A stretch of 64,000 nucleotides of DNA from a virus: positions 32,001-96,000 of IMG/VR virus record IMGVR_UViG_3300027857_000012; one strand, given 5' to 3'. This document shows positions 30,772 to 41,218 of this stretch, one piece after another. A program made the translations under genes and the position numbers. Position 1 is the first letter of the stretch. Each line of letters opens with the position of its first letter. Under the pieces are notes generated by a model. The model ran no database searches. It saw only the letters and a program-made list of their open reading frames with translations, and was not told the DNA's origin.

Positions 30772-31852
30772 GCGACGGATAGGGTACGCGTTTTGGGGAT
30801 TCATGGCAGATGTTCGAATGCAATATGGACGCCCATTTTCAGCACCAGATGGGAACTATTTGCATTCATGGGCAATTCTGCATGGGTTTCAAGATGCAGG
30901 GTGGGAAACAATTCGATTGTTTCCTGATCGAGACGCAGAGTATGTTCAATTGAATGGTGCAAATGCATTCAAAGCATTCTCACGAAATGACCGATGGCGA
31001 GCCTATGCTCGATCGATGCAAGCACATCATATCATCACGCCTAAAATGATACGCTGCGATTGGCCAGAGATTGATGTTGTACTACTCGAATGGCGTATGC
31101 CGACACCCAAAAATACACTACCACTTGAACATCCTGATTTTAATCCAGATCTTGTATTGCAACAACGACTTATTGAGCACTATACATCAAAAGGTGTGCC
31201 TATTCTCTGTCTCGATATGGACTGTTTGATGAATCCGGCGATCGATGATGCACTATTCCATCACGTATTTGAATTAGGATGGCGACGAGGTGCAGAGCAT
31301 CATATAGAAACACCATTTTATATGGATTCAATGAAACAATTTGCAATGGGAGCACATGCAAAAGAAATCGTCTATGTTGGTAATCGATATGATCGAGATC
31401 CATCATTTGAACAATTTTTTGGACATGGTGGACATGGATTTCAATATCATGTCTATGGTAACTGGCTCGAAGGTGGGAAAGATAGTCAAACTCGATGGCC
31501 ACATATTCAGTTTCATCCTCGAGCGCAACCATACGAGATTCGTGATGCGTATAAAATGGCTGCAGCTGTTCCATTGCTGATGAAGGATACATATGCACAA
31601 TATGGATTCATGACAGGTCGGTTACTCGAAGTGCTTTTATTTGGATCGATTCCATTTTTACCGATCACATTTCGTTCACCTCTGACATATGTGCCAGATG
31701 CATTTCGTATTTATGATGAAGCAGATATGTGCGCTCTTGCAGATTTCTTAGCATCTGAAACTGTTCGAGCATACATTCGAAATGAAATGATTGATGCACT
31801 TGAGTTTTGTGATATTGCACATTTTATTCGCAAGATCATGCACGTGTTATAA
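30764..31852 (+). CDS. GT-B glycosyltransferase, candidate DNA base glycosyltransferase
   Basis: IVYVGNRYDR, HVYGNW, GFMTGRLLEVLLFGSIP; operon context. Confidence 0.65.
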   Translation: MPKRRIGYAFWGFMADVRMQYGRPFSAPDGNYLHSWAILHGFQDAGWETIRLFPDRDAEYVQLNGANAFKAFSRNDRWRAYARSMQAHHIITPKMIRCDWPEIDVVLLEWRMPTPKNTLPLEHPDFNPDLVLQQRLIEHYTSKGVPILCLDMDCLMNPAIDDALFHHVFELGWRRGAEHHIETPFYMDSMKQFAMGAHAKEIVYVGNRYDRDPSFEQFFGHGGHGFQYHVYGNWLEGGKDSQTRWPHIQFHPRAQPYEIRDAYKMAAAVPLLMKDTYAQYGFMTGRLLEVLLFGSIPFLPITFRSPLTYVPDAFRIYDEADMCALADFLASETVRAYIRNEMIDALEFCDIAHFIRKIMHVL

Positions 31853-31867
31853 TGGAGTGATAAAATA

Positions 31868-32767
31868 ATGGAAATTCATGTTGATACATTTGCTGAAGCA
31901 TATGAATGTTTACGACACCAACTATTGATGAATGGAAAAAATGAAACGCCTCGTGGACTCTTGACAAAAGAGCTACTTCATGTCACATTTGAATTGAGAA
32001 ATCCAAGGGCTCGTCTTTGGTTTCACCCTGAACGGAAATTCTCGTTACCATTTGCATGTGCAGAGGCGACGTTGCTTTTCGACCCAACGAATTACGTGAG
32101 CACAATCGCATTTTTTAATCAGCGAATGCGTCGATTTTCAGATGATGGTGTGCATCTCTATGGTGATTACGGAAAACGGATTGCAAGTTATCTGCCTGAT
32201 CTTGTGCGAAAATTAAGAAATGATCCATCGACACGCCAAGCGATTGTGCCAATTTTACATATTGATGATATTCGTGCAGAAACAAAAGATTTTCCATGCA
32301 CATCAACATTACATTTTTTGATTCGAGAGAATAAGTTGCATCTTTTTGTATCAATGCGATCAAATGATCTATACTGGGGAACAGGATATGATGTCTTCGT
32401 CTTCACAATTTTACAAGAAATTCTTGCAAACGAGTTAGATATCGAGATGGGGTCGTACTATCACACAGCACATTCACTTCATGTGTATGAACAGCATTTC
32501 GAGTGGCTTAAGACAATGACAGGTGTGCAGGATATTATCTTTTCTGTGCCATATCGTCTTCATGATATGCTACACCTTGTCTTGCTCGCAAAACAATGTA
32601 AAATTATGAATGAGGAAGCATTTTCAGAATGTCCAGATGCGTTTGAATATGTCTTTGAGCAGTATGCTCGGAAGAAACGACATCTTCCACTATCAGAAAA
32701 ATCACATTATCACGCTTGGACGATTCCATTTCTCACACATACACATGAGGCGCTGAATGACAAATAA
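31868..32767 (+). CDS. thymidylate synthase homologue, probably dCMP-modifying (hydroxymethylase/hydroxylase-type)
   Basis: DPSTRQA, DFPCT, MRSNDLYWGTGYDV (Asp at the Asn177 position), SLHVY. Confidence 0.8.
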   Translation: MEIHVDTFAEAYECLRHQLLMNGKNETPRGLLTKELLHVTFELRNPRARLWFHPERKFSLPFACAEATLLFDPTNYVSTIAFFNQRMRRFSDDGVHLYGDYGKRIASYLPDLVRKLRNDPSTRQAIVPILHIDDIRAETKDFPCTSTLHFLIRENKLHLFVSMRSNDLYWGTGYDVFVFTILQEILANELDIEMGSYYHTAHSLHVYEQHFEWLKTMTGVQDIIFSVPYRLHDMLHLVLLAKQCKIMNEEAFSECPDAFEYVFEQYARKKRHLPLSEKSHYHAWTIPFLTHTHEALNDK

Positions 32768-35609
32768 AAGTAATGTGAAAGTGATGCCATATGTGTCACT
32801 ACATGCACACAGCGCATATAGTGATTATGATGGTGCAGGTAAGCCACTTGATCGAGCAAAACGCGCAAAACGACTTGGGCAAACTGCATTGACCATAAGT
32901 GACCATGGCACAATGAGTGGAGTGATCGATCATTACTTCGCGTGTAAAGAAGTTGGCATTAAACCAATTCTCGGGATTGAAGCATATCACGCAGTTGAGT
33001 TTCCGCCATCAGATGAAATGAAGCGATATCATCTCACATTGATGGCAGAAACACTTGACGGATACTATAATCTCTGTCAAGCATCGACAGAAGCAAATTT
33101 AGTCAACTTTTATCGAAAACCGATTATGACTTTTGAAACACTTCAAAAATATCGAGAAGGTGTCATTTGTTTATCCGGATGTGTGTTAGGATGTTTGCCA
33201 CAAACATTGCTCACAGATGGATTTGATGCAGCATGTCGACATGCAGAAACATTCCTCAACATTTATGGCGATCGATTTTACTTTGAAGTGCAACCACAAG
33301 AATTTGATGATCAAAAGCGAGCGAATGATGGAATTCTCGCACTTGCAGATAAATTCGCTCGACCACTTGTCATGACATCTGATTCACATTATGTTGCACC
33401 TGAAGATTTAGATACATATCTCGTGATGCGCAAGATGGGGTATCACCCCCCTAAAAAGAATGAAACAGAACTCACAGATGATATGTTCGAACTCGAACGA
33501 GACCAGTGGGAAGAAGGTATTCGACAACAATATGGAAAATTATATCTTCCGTCTGGTGAAGAACTTGCGCGTCGATGGTATGGATTGATGGGAACAGATG
33601 GCTCGGCGTATGTTCTTGAATCACAAACAATTGCAGATCGCTGCGTCGTTGAACTCGATTTTCCTGAACTTGTGCCTCAAGCGTCACTTGAATTGGATGC
33701 GTCAGGCAATCCAATTCCATCTGAGAAAATCCTTGCGCGAAAGGTTCGACAAGGTTTGATTGAAATGGGCAAGTGGAATTACTATGAAACTCGAACAGTG
33801 ACATTTGGCGATACAACGATGGAAGAACAATATCGACCATATGTTGATCGAGTGAAACAAGAACTTGCTGTGATTGTTGAAAAGAAATATGCTGATTACT
33901 TTTTGCTTGTTGCGGATATGGTTGACGAAGCGAGACGAAAAAAAATTGCTGTTGGTCCAGGAAGAGGATCGGGTGTTGGATCACTCGTTGCGAGAGCAAT
34001 TGGAATCACAGAAGTTGATCCTGTCGCACAAGGATGCATGTTCGAACGATTTCTTCAGCCATCACGTATGTCACTACCTGATTTCGATGTTGATTTTGAC
34101 CCATATCGTCGGCAAGAAATATTTGATTACATGATGCAGAAATATAACGGGCGAGCAGCCCCTATTTGTAACATTAATCGACTTACAAAAGATAGTTTAA
34201 TCAACGATTTGTGCAAAGTGCTTAACATTCCTGATGAAATTAAGCTACTGATGAAGAAACTCATCGGTGCACTTGGCATTGGTAAAGATAACACAATTAT
34301 TCCTGAGTACGATAAGCTTGCTCGACAACCCGATCTTCGAAAAATTGATCAAACATACTCAGAAGTCATTAAACATTTTTGTAAATTATATGGCGGTATG
34401 CGAGGATATTCGCAACACGCGAGTGGACTTGCCATTTCAAGTGGCAATCTATCACAGTTCGTGCCATTGTTTGTTCGTGGCCCGAAAGATGCTCGAAAGA
34501 CATATACATCGTATGAAATGTCTGCGCTCAATAAGCTGAATATCGTCAAAATCGACATTCTAGGTCTCGATGCCGTGACTGCATTACAACGAATGTGTAA
34601 ACTGACATTCGTTGATTATCATGATATCCCGTTGGATGATCATGCAACATTTCATGCATACCAACAATTGAACGTTGTTGGCATCTTTCAATTTGAAAGT
34701 CCTGGTGCACAAGCGATCTTGAAAGCAGTGCAGCCAGAATCAATTTCTGAGTTGACAGCATGCAATGCATTGAATCGACCAGGATCACTCGAACTAAAGC
34801 AACTTGATGTGTATGTCGATGGAAAACGTGGACATATCGACATGTCTACACCACTTTCACAATGTTGCCTCGATTCATATGGTGCTCTGATTTATCAAGA
34901 GCACGTGATGCAGGCGTGCCGAGACATTGGTGATATGTCATGGGCATCATCGATCAAAGTGATGAAACAACTCCATGGGATGAATGCTCGAACAAGTCCA
35001 TTAGCGCAAGAGTTCATCCAAGGTGCAATGCGAAAGCACCATTTGAGTGAACAAGAAGCGTGGGAACTCTATACGAAGTTGACAGGATACACATTTAACA
35101 AGGGACATGCAGCAGCATATTCAATTCTGTCATATTGGTTGATGTGGATGAAAGTGCACTTTCCATTTGAGTTTTTCCTCTCGATTTTACAACTCGAAGG
35201 TAACGACATCAAACGAAAAGAAATTGAATGTGATGCAACTCGAAATAAGGTAGTCGTGTTACTTCCACATGTGAATGGTGGTGAGAATTATGAGTTTGTG
35301 CATATTCAAGGAGAACGAGCCATTCGAGGTGGTCTTCGGTGTGTCGATGGCGTTGGCCCAGTGATTGCAAAATCAATTGGACGTGATTGGAAGGAAAATG
35401 GTGATTTTCAAAGTACAGATGATATGCTTCGTCGAGTAAATGGAATTGATAAAAAGGGTGGCCCCGGCAAATCACCAGTTAATTCTCGAGCATTGCAAGC
35501 ACTCCAAAATTCTGGCGCACTTGAGTTTAATTTTGAAGTATATAAGTCAAGGTGTATCGCGTACCTTTCAAGTCTCAATGCGAGAAAATCAGCAAGAAGG
35601 TTTGTATGA
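32757..35609 (+). CDS. dnaE: DNA polymerase III alpha subunit (family C)
   Basis: PHP SLHAHSAYS/SDHG; GPGRGSG; PDFDVDF; KIDILGL; FNKGHAAAY. Confidence 0.95.
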   Translation: MTNKSNVKVMPYVSLHAHSAYSDYDGAGKPLDRAKRAKRLGQTALTISDHGTMSGVIDHYFACKEVGIKPILGIEAYHAVEFPPSDEMKRYHLTLMAETLDGYYNLCQASTEANLVNFYRKPIMTFETLQKYREGVICLSGCVLGCLPQTLLTDGFDAACRHAETFLNIYGDRFYFEVQPQEFDDQKRANDGILALADKFARPLVMTSDSHYVAPEDLDTYLVMRKMGYHPPKKNETELTDDMFELERDQWEEGIRQQYGKLYLPSGEELARRWYGLMGTDGSAYVLESQTIADRCVVELDFPELVPQASLELDASGNPIPSEKILARKVRQGLIEMGKWNYYETRTVTFGDTTMEEQYRPYVDRVKQELAVIVEKKYADYFLLVADMVDEARRKKIAVGPGRGSGVGSLVARAIGITEVDPVAQGCMFERFLQPSRMSLPDFDVDFDPYRRQEIFDYMMQKYNGRAAPICNINRLTKDSLINDLCKVLNIPDEIKLLMKKLIGALGIGKDNTIIPEYDKLARQPDLRKIDQTYSEVIKHFCKLYGGMRGYSQHASGLAISSGNLSQFVPLFVRGPKDARKTYTSYEMSALNKLNIVKIDILGLDAVTALQRMCKLTFVDYHDIPLDDHATFHAYQQLNVVGIFQFESPGAQAILKAVQPESISELTACNALNRPGSLELKQLDVYVDGKRGHIDMSTPLSQCCLDSYGALIYQEHVMQACRDIGDMSWASSIKVMKQLHGMNARTSPLAQEFIQGAMRKHHLSEQEAWELYTKLTGYTFNKGHAAAYSILSYWLMWMKVHFPFEFFLSILQLEGNDIKRKEIECDATRNKVVVLLPHVNGGENYEFVHIQGERAIRGGLRCVDGVGPVIAKSIGRDWKENGDFQSTDDMLRRVNGIDKKGGPGKSPVNSRALQALQNSGALEFNFEVYKSRCIAYLSSLNARKSARRFV

Positions 35610-36574
35610 AAGCGAGACCAACAGCGTCATCAATTCGAGCAGCTACCGCATCATTCGTTGAACGTCAAAATCTCGTCAAGAAAAAGCAGGAAGCGATGGT
35701 CCAGTTACTTGATACATACGTTGATGAAACAGAATTTGTATCAACTGGGCTTGCATCAATTGATGCAATGCTCGGTGGTGGAATCCCGACAGGGAAAATT
35801 CTACAGATCTATGGACCAAATCAAGCAGGAAAGACATCCCTTTGTCTGCACATTGCAGCAAAATATGATTTCTGTGTTTGGATTGATGCAGAATCAACGC
35901 TTTCAAAAGAACGAGCAGTTCTCTTAGGTGTTAATCCGAAGCGATTCTTATTAGTTTCACCAGAGACAGGCGAACAAGCGATTGACGCCATCAAACAATA
36001 TATCAAGGCAAATGTGCCTCTCATTGTCGTTGACAGTGTCGCGGCCATGGTGCCTGCAAAACAATTGATTGTTGATGAGAAAGAAACGCCTGAAAAACAG
36101 GCTGGCATTTCTCTGACAGCCGGATTGATGTCGAGGCACATTTTCTCCATCGCAAATGCGTGTCGACTTTCAGGTGTGACTGTTCTGTTTGTGAATCAGG
36201 TGCGTGATAAAGTTGGTGGCTTTATGTCCTTTGGACCACAAATATACACACCTGGAGGGAGAGCACTGGGACATGCATTGTCGATGAATATCAAAATGGA
36301 TCGATCTGGAAAATTGAAAGTATCAGATGATACACTTGGCATTACAATTAAACTTGCAATGGAAAAGAACAAGGTGACACATCCATTCTTGGATGCAGAG
36401 GTCGGACTCATTTTTGATGCTGGATTCATGGAACTTGCTGCTGCAAAAGAAGAATTGAAACCAGCAAGAGCACGATCACTTGCACGTCGTCGTGCTCGTT
36501 TAGGAATTGCAGGTGGAGTTGAACATGAGGAGGAGATACAAGACGAGGGTGAGGACGATCCTGATGTCGAGTGA
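35606..36574 (+). CDS. recA: RecA-like recombinase
   Basis: STGLASIDAMLGGGIPTG, GPNQAGKT, IVVDSVAAM, FVNQVR, TPGGRAL, KNKV. Confidence 0.9.
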   Translation: MKARPTASSIRAATASFVERQNLVKKKQEAMVQLLDTYVDETEFVSTGLASIDAMLGGGIPTGKILQIYGPNQAGKTSLCLHIAAKYDFCVWIDAESTLSKERAVLLGVNPKRFLLVSPETGEQAIDAIKQYIKANVPLIVVDSVAAMVPAKQLIVDEKETPEKQAGISLTAGLMSRHIFSIANACRLSGVTVLFVNQVRDKVGGFMSFGPQIYTPGGRALGHALSMNIKMDRSGKLKVSDDTLGITIKLAMEKNKVTHPFLDAEVGLIFDAGFMELAAAKEELKPARARSLARRRARLGIAGGVEHEEEIQDEGEDDPDVE

Positions 36575-36824
36575 CGAACATGAAATTTCTATTCAATTTG
36601 AACAGACAGCCCGTCTTGTGCTTAAAGAACTCCCGCTTCGAGCGCAAGCGTGGACGTCACATGACCTGTTTAAAGTCAATGAGCTTCTGGTTGATTTTGC
36701 GCTTTATGTTGCCAAGCAAGTGCAATGTAGTGGTGTTGATTTGTGGAGTGATCAAAAACTTGAACATTTTGTCCATACGATGAAGGATGTGCATGAGGAT
36801 GATCACTCCACATTTACATTGTGA
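36564..36824 (+). CDS. hypothetical protein
   Basis: gagga RBS; overlaps the end of recA. Confidence 0.5.
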   Translation: MSSDEHEISIQFEQTARLVLKELPLRAQAWTSHDLFKVNELLVDFALYVAKQVQCSGVDLWSDQKLEHFVHTMKDVHEDDHSTFTL

Positions 36825-36875
36825 GATGATAGAATTTACATCTTATTCTTTTTCAACACCCAAAATGTGTTGAGG

Positions 36876-37751
36876 ATGTATGAAAGTATAACAAAAATGC
36901 CAAATGAAGGTGATCAGTTGCTGAATGCAATGCTTTCTGGAGACATGTTTTCAATGAAACTCCAAAAAGTGTTGAATCAAATGTTTGTGGATGATGCAAA
37001 ACAGAAAGCTCAAAATGACCCAAGAGAAGGACTCCATGCATCATCAATTCTTGCCCCATTTACTGGTGTCACTCGATTATGTTTTCGTGAACATGTTCTA
37101 AATAAATTTTATCTTCCGATACATGATTTGCTTGCACCAGATACACTTCGAACATTTCTTGTCGGATGGTATTTGCACTTAATGTGGCAACGATTATTCA
37201 AGCAAAGTGGATACGCTGTTGAGGTTGAGAAAACACGTATTGACGAGAAATGGGGGGTGTATCATACCCCAGATGTAATTGCACGATTTCCGCATCTCTC
37301 AGGAAATCATCTCTATATCATTGAAATCAAAACAATGAATGCACGATCATTTGAAAAAGCAGTCGAGCTGAGTGATCCAAGAAGAAGCCACGAAGGTGCT
37401 TTTAAACAAGCACAGTTGTATATGTATTTAACAAATGTGCCAGAGGCTGTCATTCTATTGCACAATAAAAACACTAGTGAATTTGTTACATTCACCATAC
37501 AACTCGATAAAGTATTTATCCAACCATATATTGATCGGTTGGATATACTTGTACAACTCTATGAAAGATACGCGCAAGAACGTCGTTTACCAAAACGTGT
37601 CTGTGAACACAGTGACACGCCACGGGCGAAACGATGCCCAATGCGAGATGTGTGTTGGGTCGCAAATGATGCTGAGCGACAAACATGTCTTCGAGGCACT
37701 CTTGTGAACCCAACACAAAGGAATGTATCATTAACACATGAAGAAGAATAA
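36876..37751 (+). CDS. Cas4-like PD-(D/E)XK exonuclease
   Basis: HTPD...IIEIKT, QAQLYM, and Cys cluster (CFR ... C-x8-CP-x4-C). Confidence 0.8.
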   Translation: MYESITKMPNEGDQLLNAMLSGDMFSMKLQKVLNQMFVDDAKQKAQNDPREGLHASSILAPFTGVTRLCFREHVLNKFYLPIHDLLAPDTLRTFLVGWYLHLMWQRLFKQSGYAVEVEKTRIDEKWGVYHTPDVIARFPHLSGNHLYIIEIKTMNARSFEKAVELSDPRRSHEGAFKQAQLYMYLTNVPEAVILLHNKNTSEFVTFTIQLDKVFIQPYIDRLDILVQLYERYAQERRLPKRVCEHSDTPRAKRCPMRDVCWVANDAERQTCLRGTLVNPTQRNVSLTHEEE

Positions 37752-38313
37752 AACGTCACCACAGAGTATCATATTCGATACAACAATTGTGCTCGGGATC
37801 GACTACTCATATAAGGAAGTCGGTCTTGCCATTCTATATAAAGGGTCAGTTGAATATGTTGATCGAATCAATTTTCAACTTATTGAAGCAAAAAACAATG
37901 TTAAGTTGAGAAAAAAGCATCGTCGAGCAATTCTTCGAAAGAAAGTTGATTCACTCGTTAATGCATATCATGTGACAGCCATTATTGTCGAGCGAATTCG
38001 ATTGTTTAGTCGTGGGTTCGTCTCGATGCCAACAATTATCGCGCTCGGAGAGTTGATTGCTGCAATCATTGATGCTGTGCCAGATGCGCTTCCAGTATTT
38101 TCGACAGAAACGAGGGTGTGGAAAAAGCGAATTCATGGGAATGCAAGTGCCCAAAAACAAGATACGGTGAAGTGGGCGCAACAACACATGACAATTAGTT
38201 TATTTATGCAACGTGGTGAACGGTCATTTACGCATAATGAAGCAGATGCACTTGCACTTGCATTCTTTGCGTATCATGCAGATGCACCACGGTTTCTGAA
38301 ACGAGAAGAGTAA
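37738..38313 (+). CDS. ruvC: RuvC-like Holliday junction resolvase
   Basis: VLGIDYS, IIVE, WKK...G.A.K, HNEADALALA. Confidence 0.8.
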   Translation: MKKNKTSPQSIIFDTTIVLGIDYSYKEVGLAILYKGSVEYVDRINFQLIEAKNNVKLRKKHRRAILRKKVDSLVNAYHVTAIIVERIRLFSRGFVSMPTIIALGELIAAIIDAVPDALPVFSTETRVWKKRIHGNASAQKQDTVKWAQQHMTISLFMQRGERSFTHNEADALALAFFAYHADAPRFLKREE

Positions 38314-38546
38314 TGCGTCACTATGCTGTGTTTTTTGATGTACCGTCCGAACCTTACGTCTGTTCTCAAATGGAAAAATGCCAACGACGAGTGACTGTGC
38401 TGTATGCATTAAAACAACAATCAACGAAGGTTGGAGTGATTTTATGGGCAGCATGTCAGGAATGTTTTGAAAAAGTGCCACACCAAAATATTCTACTCAC
38501 TATTCAATTAGAAAGTGTTGAGAATGAAAAAACGACAATGGAATGA
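38313..38546 (+). CDS. small Cys-containing hypothetical protein
   Basis: TAATG coupling; CxxxxxC...CxxC. Confidence 0.5.
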   Translation: MRHYAVFFDVPSEPYVCSQMEKCQRRVTVLYALKQQSTKVGVILWAACQECFEKVPHQNILLTIQLESVENEKTTME

Positions 38547-38910
38547 TCGAGAACGACTTATTCTCAAACGAATTCTGCATGCTCAGCGCCAGCCAGCTTC
38601 TGGCGCGAACTGGTTATTCAAAGAAGATGGCGTCGCGCCAGAATTACTCTATCAGTTAAAGTCGACAGAGCATCGATCAATTACTTTGCAATTAGATGAT
38701 TTGCTCATACTTCGAACACATGCACAGGCCCTTCAGAAGGCTCCAGTGTTTGTTCTCGATTTTGTTGGTGGGCCTCTTCTCCTATGTGTTGGGTTAAGTG
38801 ACATTTTTCGAGTGGCACAAGCACTTTTTCAAGATGGTGCTATCTCAATAAAATCACTTGAAGAAAGTGCGCAACTAACACATGATATCGACGACCTCGA
38901 TCATTTGTAA
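38524..38910 (+). CDS. putative PD-(D/E)XK nuclease/resolvase-like protein
   Basis: QPASGA...KEDG...YQLKST...SITL pattern. Confidence 0.5.
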   Translation: MKKRQWNDRERLILKRILHAQRQPASGANWLFKEDGVAPELLYQLKSTEHRSITLQLDDLLILRTHAQALQKAPVFVLDFVGGPLLLCVGLSDIFRVAQALFQDGAISIKSLEESAQLTHDIDDLDHL

Positions 38911-38939
38911 TGTACATCGATACAATTGCATGATATAAT
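38911..38939 (+). promoter_or_regulatory. promoter (phage consensus)
   Basis: TGTACA-17-TATAAT with TG. Confidence 0.6.
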
Positions 38940-38958
38940 GCAGAAAGACGAAATCATA

Positions 38959-39348
38959 ATGAAAGAACAACGACGACGAGATGTTCCATGCACATGGTCC
39001 CCTATGACAATAAAAGGTGGCGACATTTCGTTCTCTGTAAGCGTTGTCGCAGTTGATCTCACCTCTGGCATGCAGATTCAATTGCTGCACTCAAAACCAC
39101 TGTTTGCAGCAGTGACTGTGGGTGAGGAAACAATTAAATTAGGTGAATGCAGTGTTCAAAGAGCGATCATGAGCGCTGACGGAAGCATGAAACTCGTGTT
39201 TGCAAGCCACCTCAGTACATGGCTTTTAACAACTGAACAACAAATACAATTTCTTGATCGACTCATCACGCTTGTCATCCTTGATCTATCGAAAAACGCC
39301 ATGATTGCCGAAGAGAATGATGAGGAGGATGACGAAAGTATAACGTAA
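38959..39348 (+). CDS. hypothetical protein
   Basis: ORF downstream of promoter; acidic tail. Confidence 0.55.
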   Translation: MKEQRRRDVPCTWSPMTIKGGDISFSVSVVAVDLTSGMQIQLLHSKPLFAAVTVGEETIKLGECSVQRAIMSADGSMKLVFASHLSTWLLTTEQQIQFLDRLITLVILDLSKNAMIAEENDEEDDESIT

Positions 39349-39370
39349 ATATAAATTGAAAGGAAACACA

Positions 39371-39781
39371 ATGATTCAACGAGGCAGGGGACCTCGACAT
39401 AAATATCGAGAAATTTGTCGTGGTTCCATTGGGCAAAATCGACACTTTGTGGCAAGTGTTCGAAGTGATGAACGCATTTCGTTCGGTCAGTCAAATCATG
39501 TCATTACAGATGACGGGTCGACTGACATGTACCTAGCGCATGCAATCGCGATTTACCGAGAAAATGTCACATCACTCCTTCGCGTGATCATGTATGTCGC
39601 ACTTCATCTTGATGAGAATGATATACCGGAACAAGATAGAGCATTTATCGAGCAACTTCGAAGCATTTCACTTGACCAACAAAGACAACTTGTCGAATTC
39701 ATGCAGAAAACTGGGTATCCGCCTGCGAATTTTCAGGGACAACCATACATAGGGTATCGCCAAAGGGAAACTGGTGAATAA
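39371..39781 (+). CDS. hypothetical protein
   Basis: gaaagga RBS. Confidence 0.55.
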   Translation: MIQRGRGPRHKYREICRGSIGQNRHFVASVRSDERISFGQSNHVITDDGSTDMYLAHAIAIYRENVTSLLRVIMYVALHLDENDIPEQDRAFIEQLRSISLDQQRQLVEFMQKTGYPPANFQGQPYIGYRQRETGE

Positions 39782-39822
39782 TGTGAATTTCCATAAATAG
39801 ACGAAAATTCATTCCAAAACAA

Positions 39823-39851
39823 TGTACTTTTCGTCTATTTAATGATATAAT
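39823..39851 (+). promoter_or_regulatory. promoter overlapped by inverted repeat
   Basis: TGTACT-17-TATAAT; IR taaatagacgaaaa/ttttcgtctattta. Confidence 0.7.
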
Positions 39852-39911
39852 ATTCTTAGTAGTTCGCACAGCGAACATGATCAACCAAAATAAATGAAGG
39901 AGTTTATACAA

Positions 39912-40334
39912 ATGGCGAAGCGTTGGCCGATTGCCCAAGCTGCAACAGTAGCTCAGGCATTTCTCAAATCGAGACATACAACTGATGAAGAGCATCAGAC
40001 AGATTTACACTGGCGCGATATCACACGCCGCTTCCCTCTCTCTGCGAGTTTACTGCTGTTACTGGCTGAGAGCAATGGGATCAAACTCATCGAGCACGTG
40101 CATCCAAATTACTCGATGCGTAAAGCTGAAACTGCCATGGTGAAGGGTACGAATTTCTCAGAGGTCACTGCAACTGACGAGGACGAGGATGATGAAGAGG
40201 ACGAAGAAGAGATTGTCGAGGCAAAAAAGCCCCGAAAAACACCTGAACCGAAATCCACAAAACCAGCAAAACACGCTGTTGCTGCTGCCGCACCGAAGGG
40301 TGACGTCAACGTCGATGACCTTCTCGAAATTTAA
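39912..40334 (+). CDS. hypothetical protein with acidic then K/P/A-rich tail
   Basis: aaggag RBS; own promoter and terminator. Confidence 0.65.
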   Translation: MAKRWPIAQAATVAQAFLKSRHTTDEEHQTDLHWRDITRRFPLSASLLLLLAESNGIKLIEHVHPNYSMRKAETAMVKGTNFSEVTATDEDEDDEEDEEEIVEAKKPRKTPEPKSTKPAKHAVAAAAPKGDVNVDDLLEI

Positions 40335-40356
40335 CATTTCTACTCCGCCACTTTCA

Positions 40357-40398
40357 TTCAAGCGACTGACTTCGTGTTGGTCGCTTGAATTCTTTTTG
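40357..40398 (+). terminator. Rho-independent terminator
   Basis: ttcaagcgac...gtcgcttgaa followed by ttcttttt. Confidence 0.65.
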
Positions 40399-40455
40399 GT
40401 GAATTTCCAGACAAAATGAATTCGAAAAATGTTGAAAAAATTCACTAAAAAAGTA

Positions 40456-40484
40456 TTTACTTTTTGCGCATAACATGTTATAAT
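40456..40484 (+). promoter_or_regulatory. promoter driving the tRNA/ncRNA array
   Basis: TTTACT-17-TATAAT; near-identical to the 26254 promoter. Confidence 0.75.
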
Positions 40485-40583
40485 AAAAATGTAAGTTGAT
40501 AGAGGAAATTTGAACATCGCTCCTAATGGACGATTGAGCAAACTTGTGTGATTCTAGCTACGAATTTTCTCTAATAACTTTTA

Positions 40584-40709
40584 TGGATGATCGTCTATCG
40601 GTTAAGACGAACCAGTATATTGCCCAGAATGGTAGTATCAAACTGAGCAATGTCCAAATACTACTTGGACTGGTGGGAAACAGAGGTTCGAGTCCTTTGT
40701 CATCTGCCA
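40584..40709 (+). ncRNA. tRNA-scaffolded RNA with kissing-loop domain replacing the anticodon arm
   Basis: Acceptor tggatga/tcatctg+CCA, D-arm gtct/agac, T-arm ggttcgagtcc; the insert has two hairpins whose loops gtagtat and atactac are complementary. Confidence 0.75.
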
Positions 40710-41102
40710 TTTCTCTCATGTATTCGCACTCGTGAAATCGAGTGAGACGTACATTCACAATCGAGGAGCAGATTCGATCACAGATGGGTCGTGACGCTCT
40801 ACAAATTGCAGAATAGCAATCTTTTCATTTGTTTAGGTCCTTCATCTTCCAAATGAAGTTGACACCTGCCAAGATGAAGAGATGTCTCTCTAGTGTAAGA
40901 GGCCAAGGGGTTTGTCGCCACCTTATCGCACGTCGAACATGTTCGGAAGTTTCTAGCATGGCCGCTAGAAGAGAGATCCATATTTGTTCTGTTTTCTCAC
41001 GAAGAGTGCATACATACAATTGGATTTTGTTCCCGAAAGGGATGCACTCTTGACTTGAACAGCGCAAATAGTTTTCTCAAGTGTCCTCTCACGCAACGAA
41101 CG

Positions 41103-41175
41103 TACAAACTAGCTCACTTGGTAGAGCGCTTGACTTCTAATCAGGATGTAACTGGTTCGATTCCAGTGTTTGCTC
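41103..41175 (+). tRNA. tRNA-Arg(UCU), acceptor end mismatched
   Basis: Cloverleaf; loop cttctaa. Confidence 0.7.
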
Positions 41176-41218
41176 CTTCGGGAGTTGTTCGTTCAACTCG
41201 GACAGGAGAGAAATGTGG

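Noticed and set aside
36876-37751. Cas4-like gene as evidence of CRISPR-Cas
   Set aside because: No repeat-spacer array or other cas genes. Solo Cas4-like exonucleases are common beside phage RecA and RuvC.
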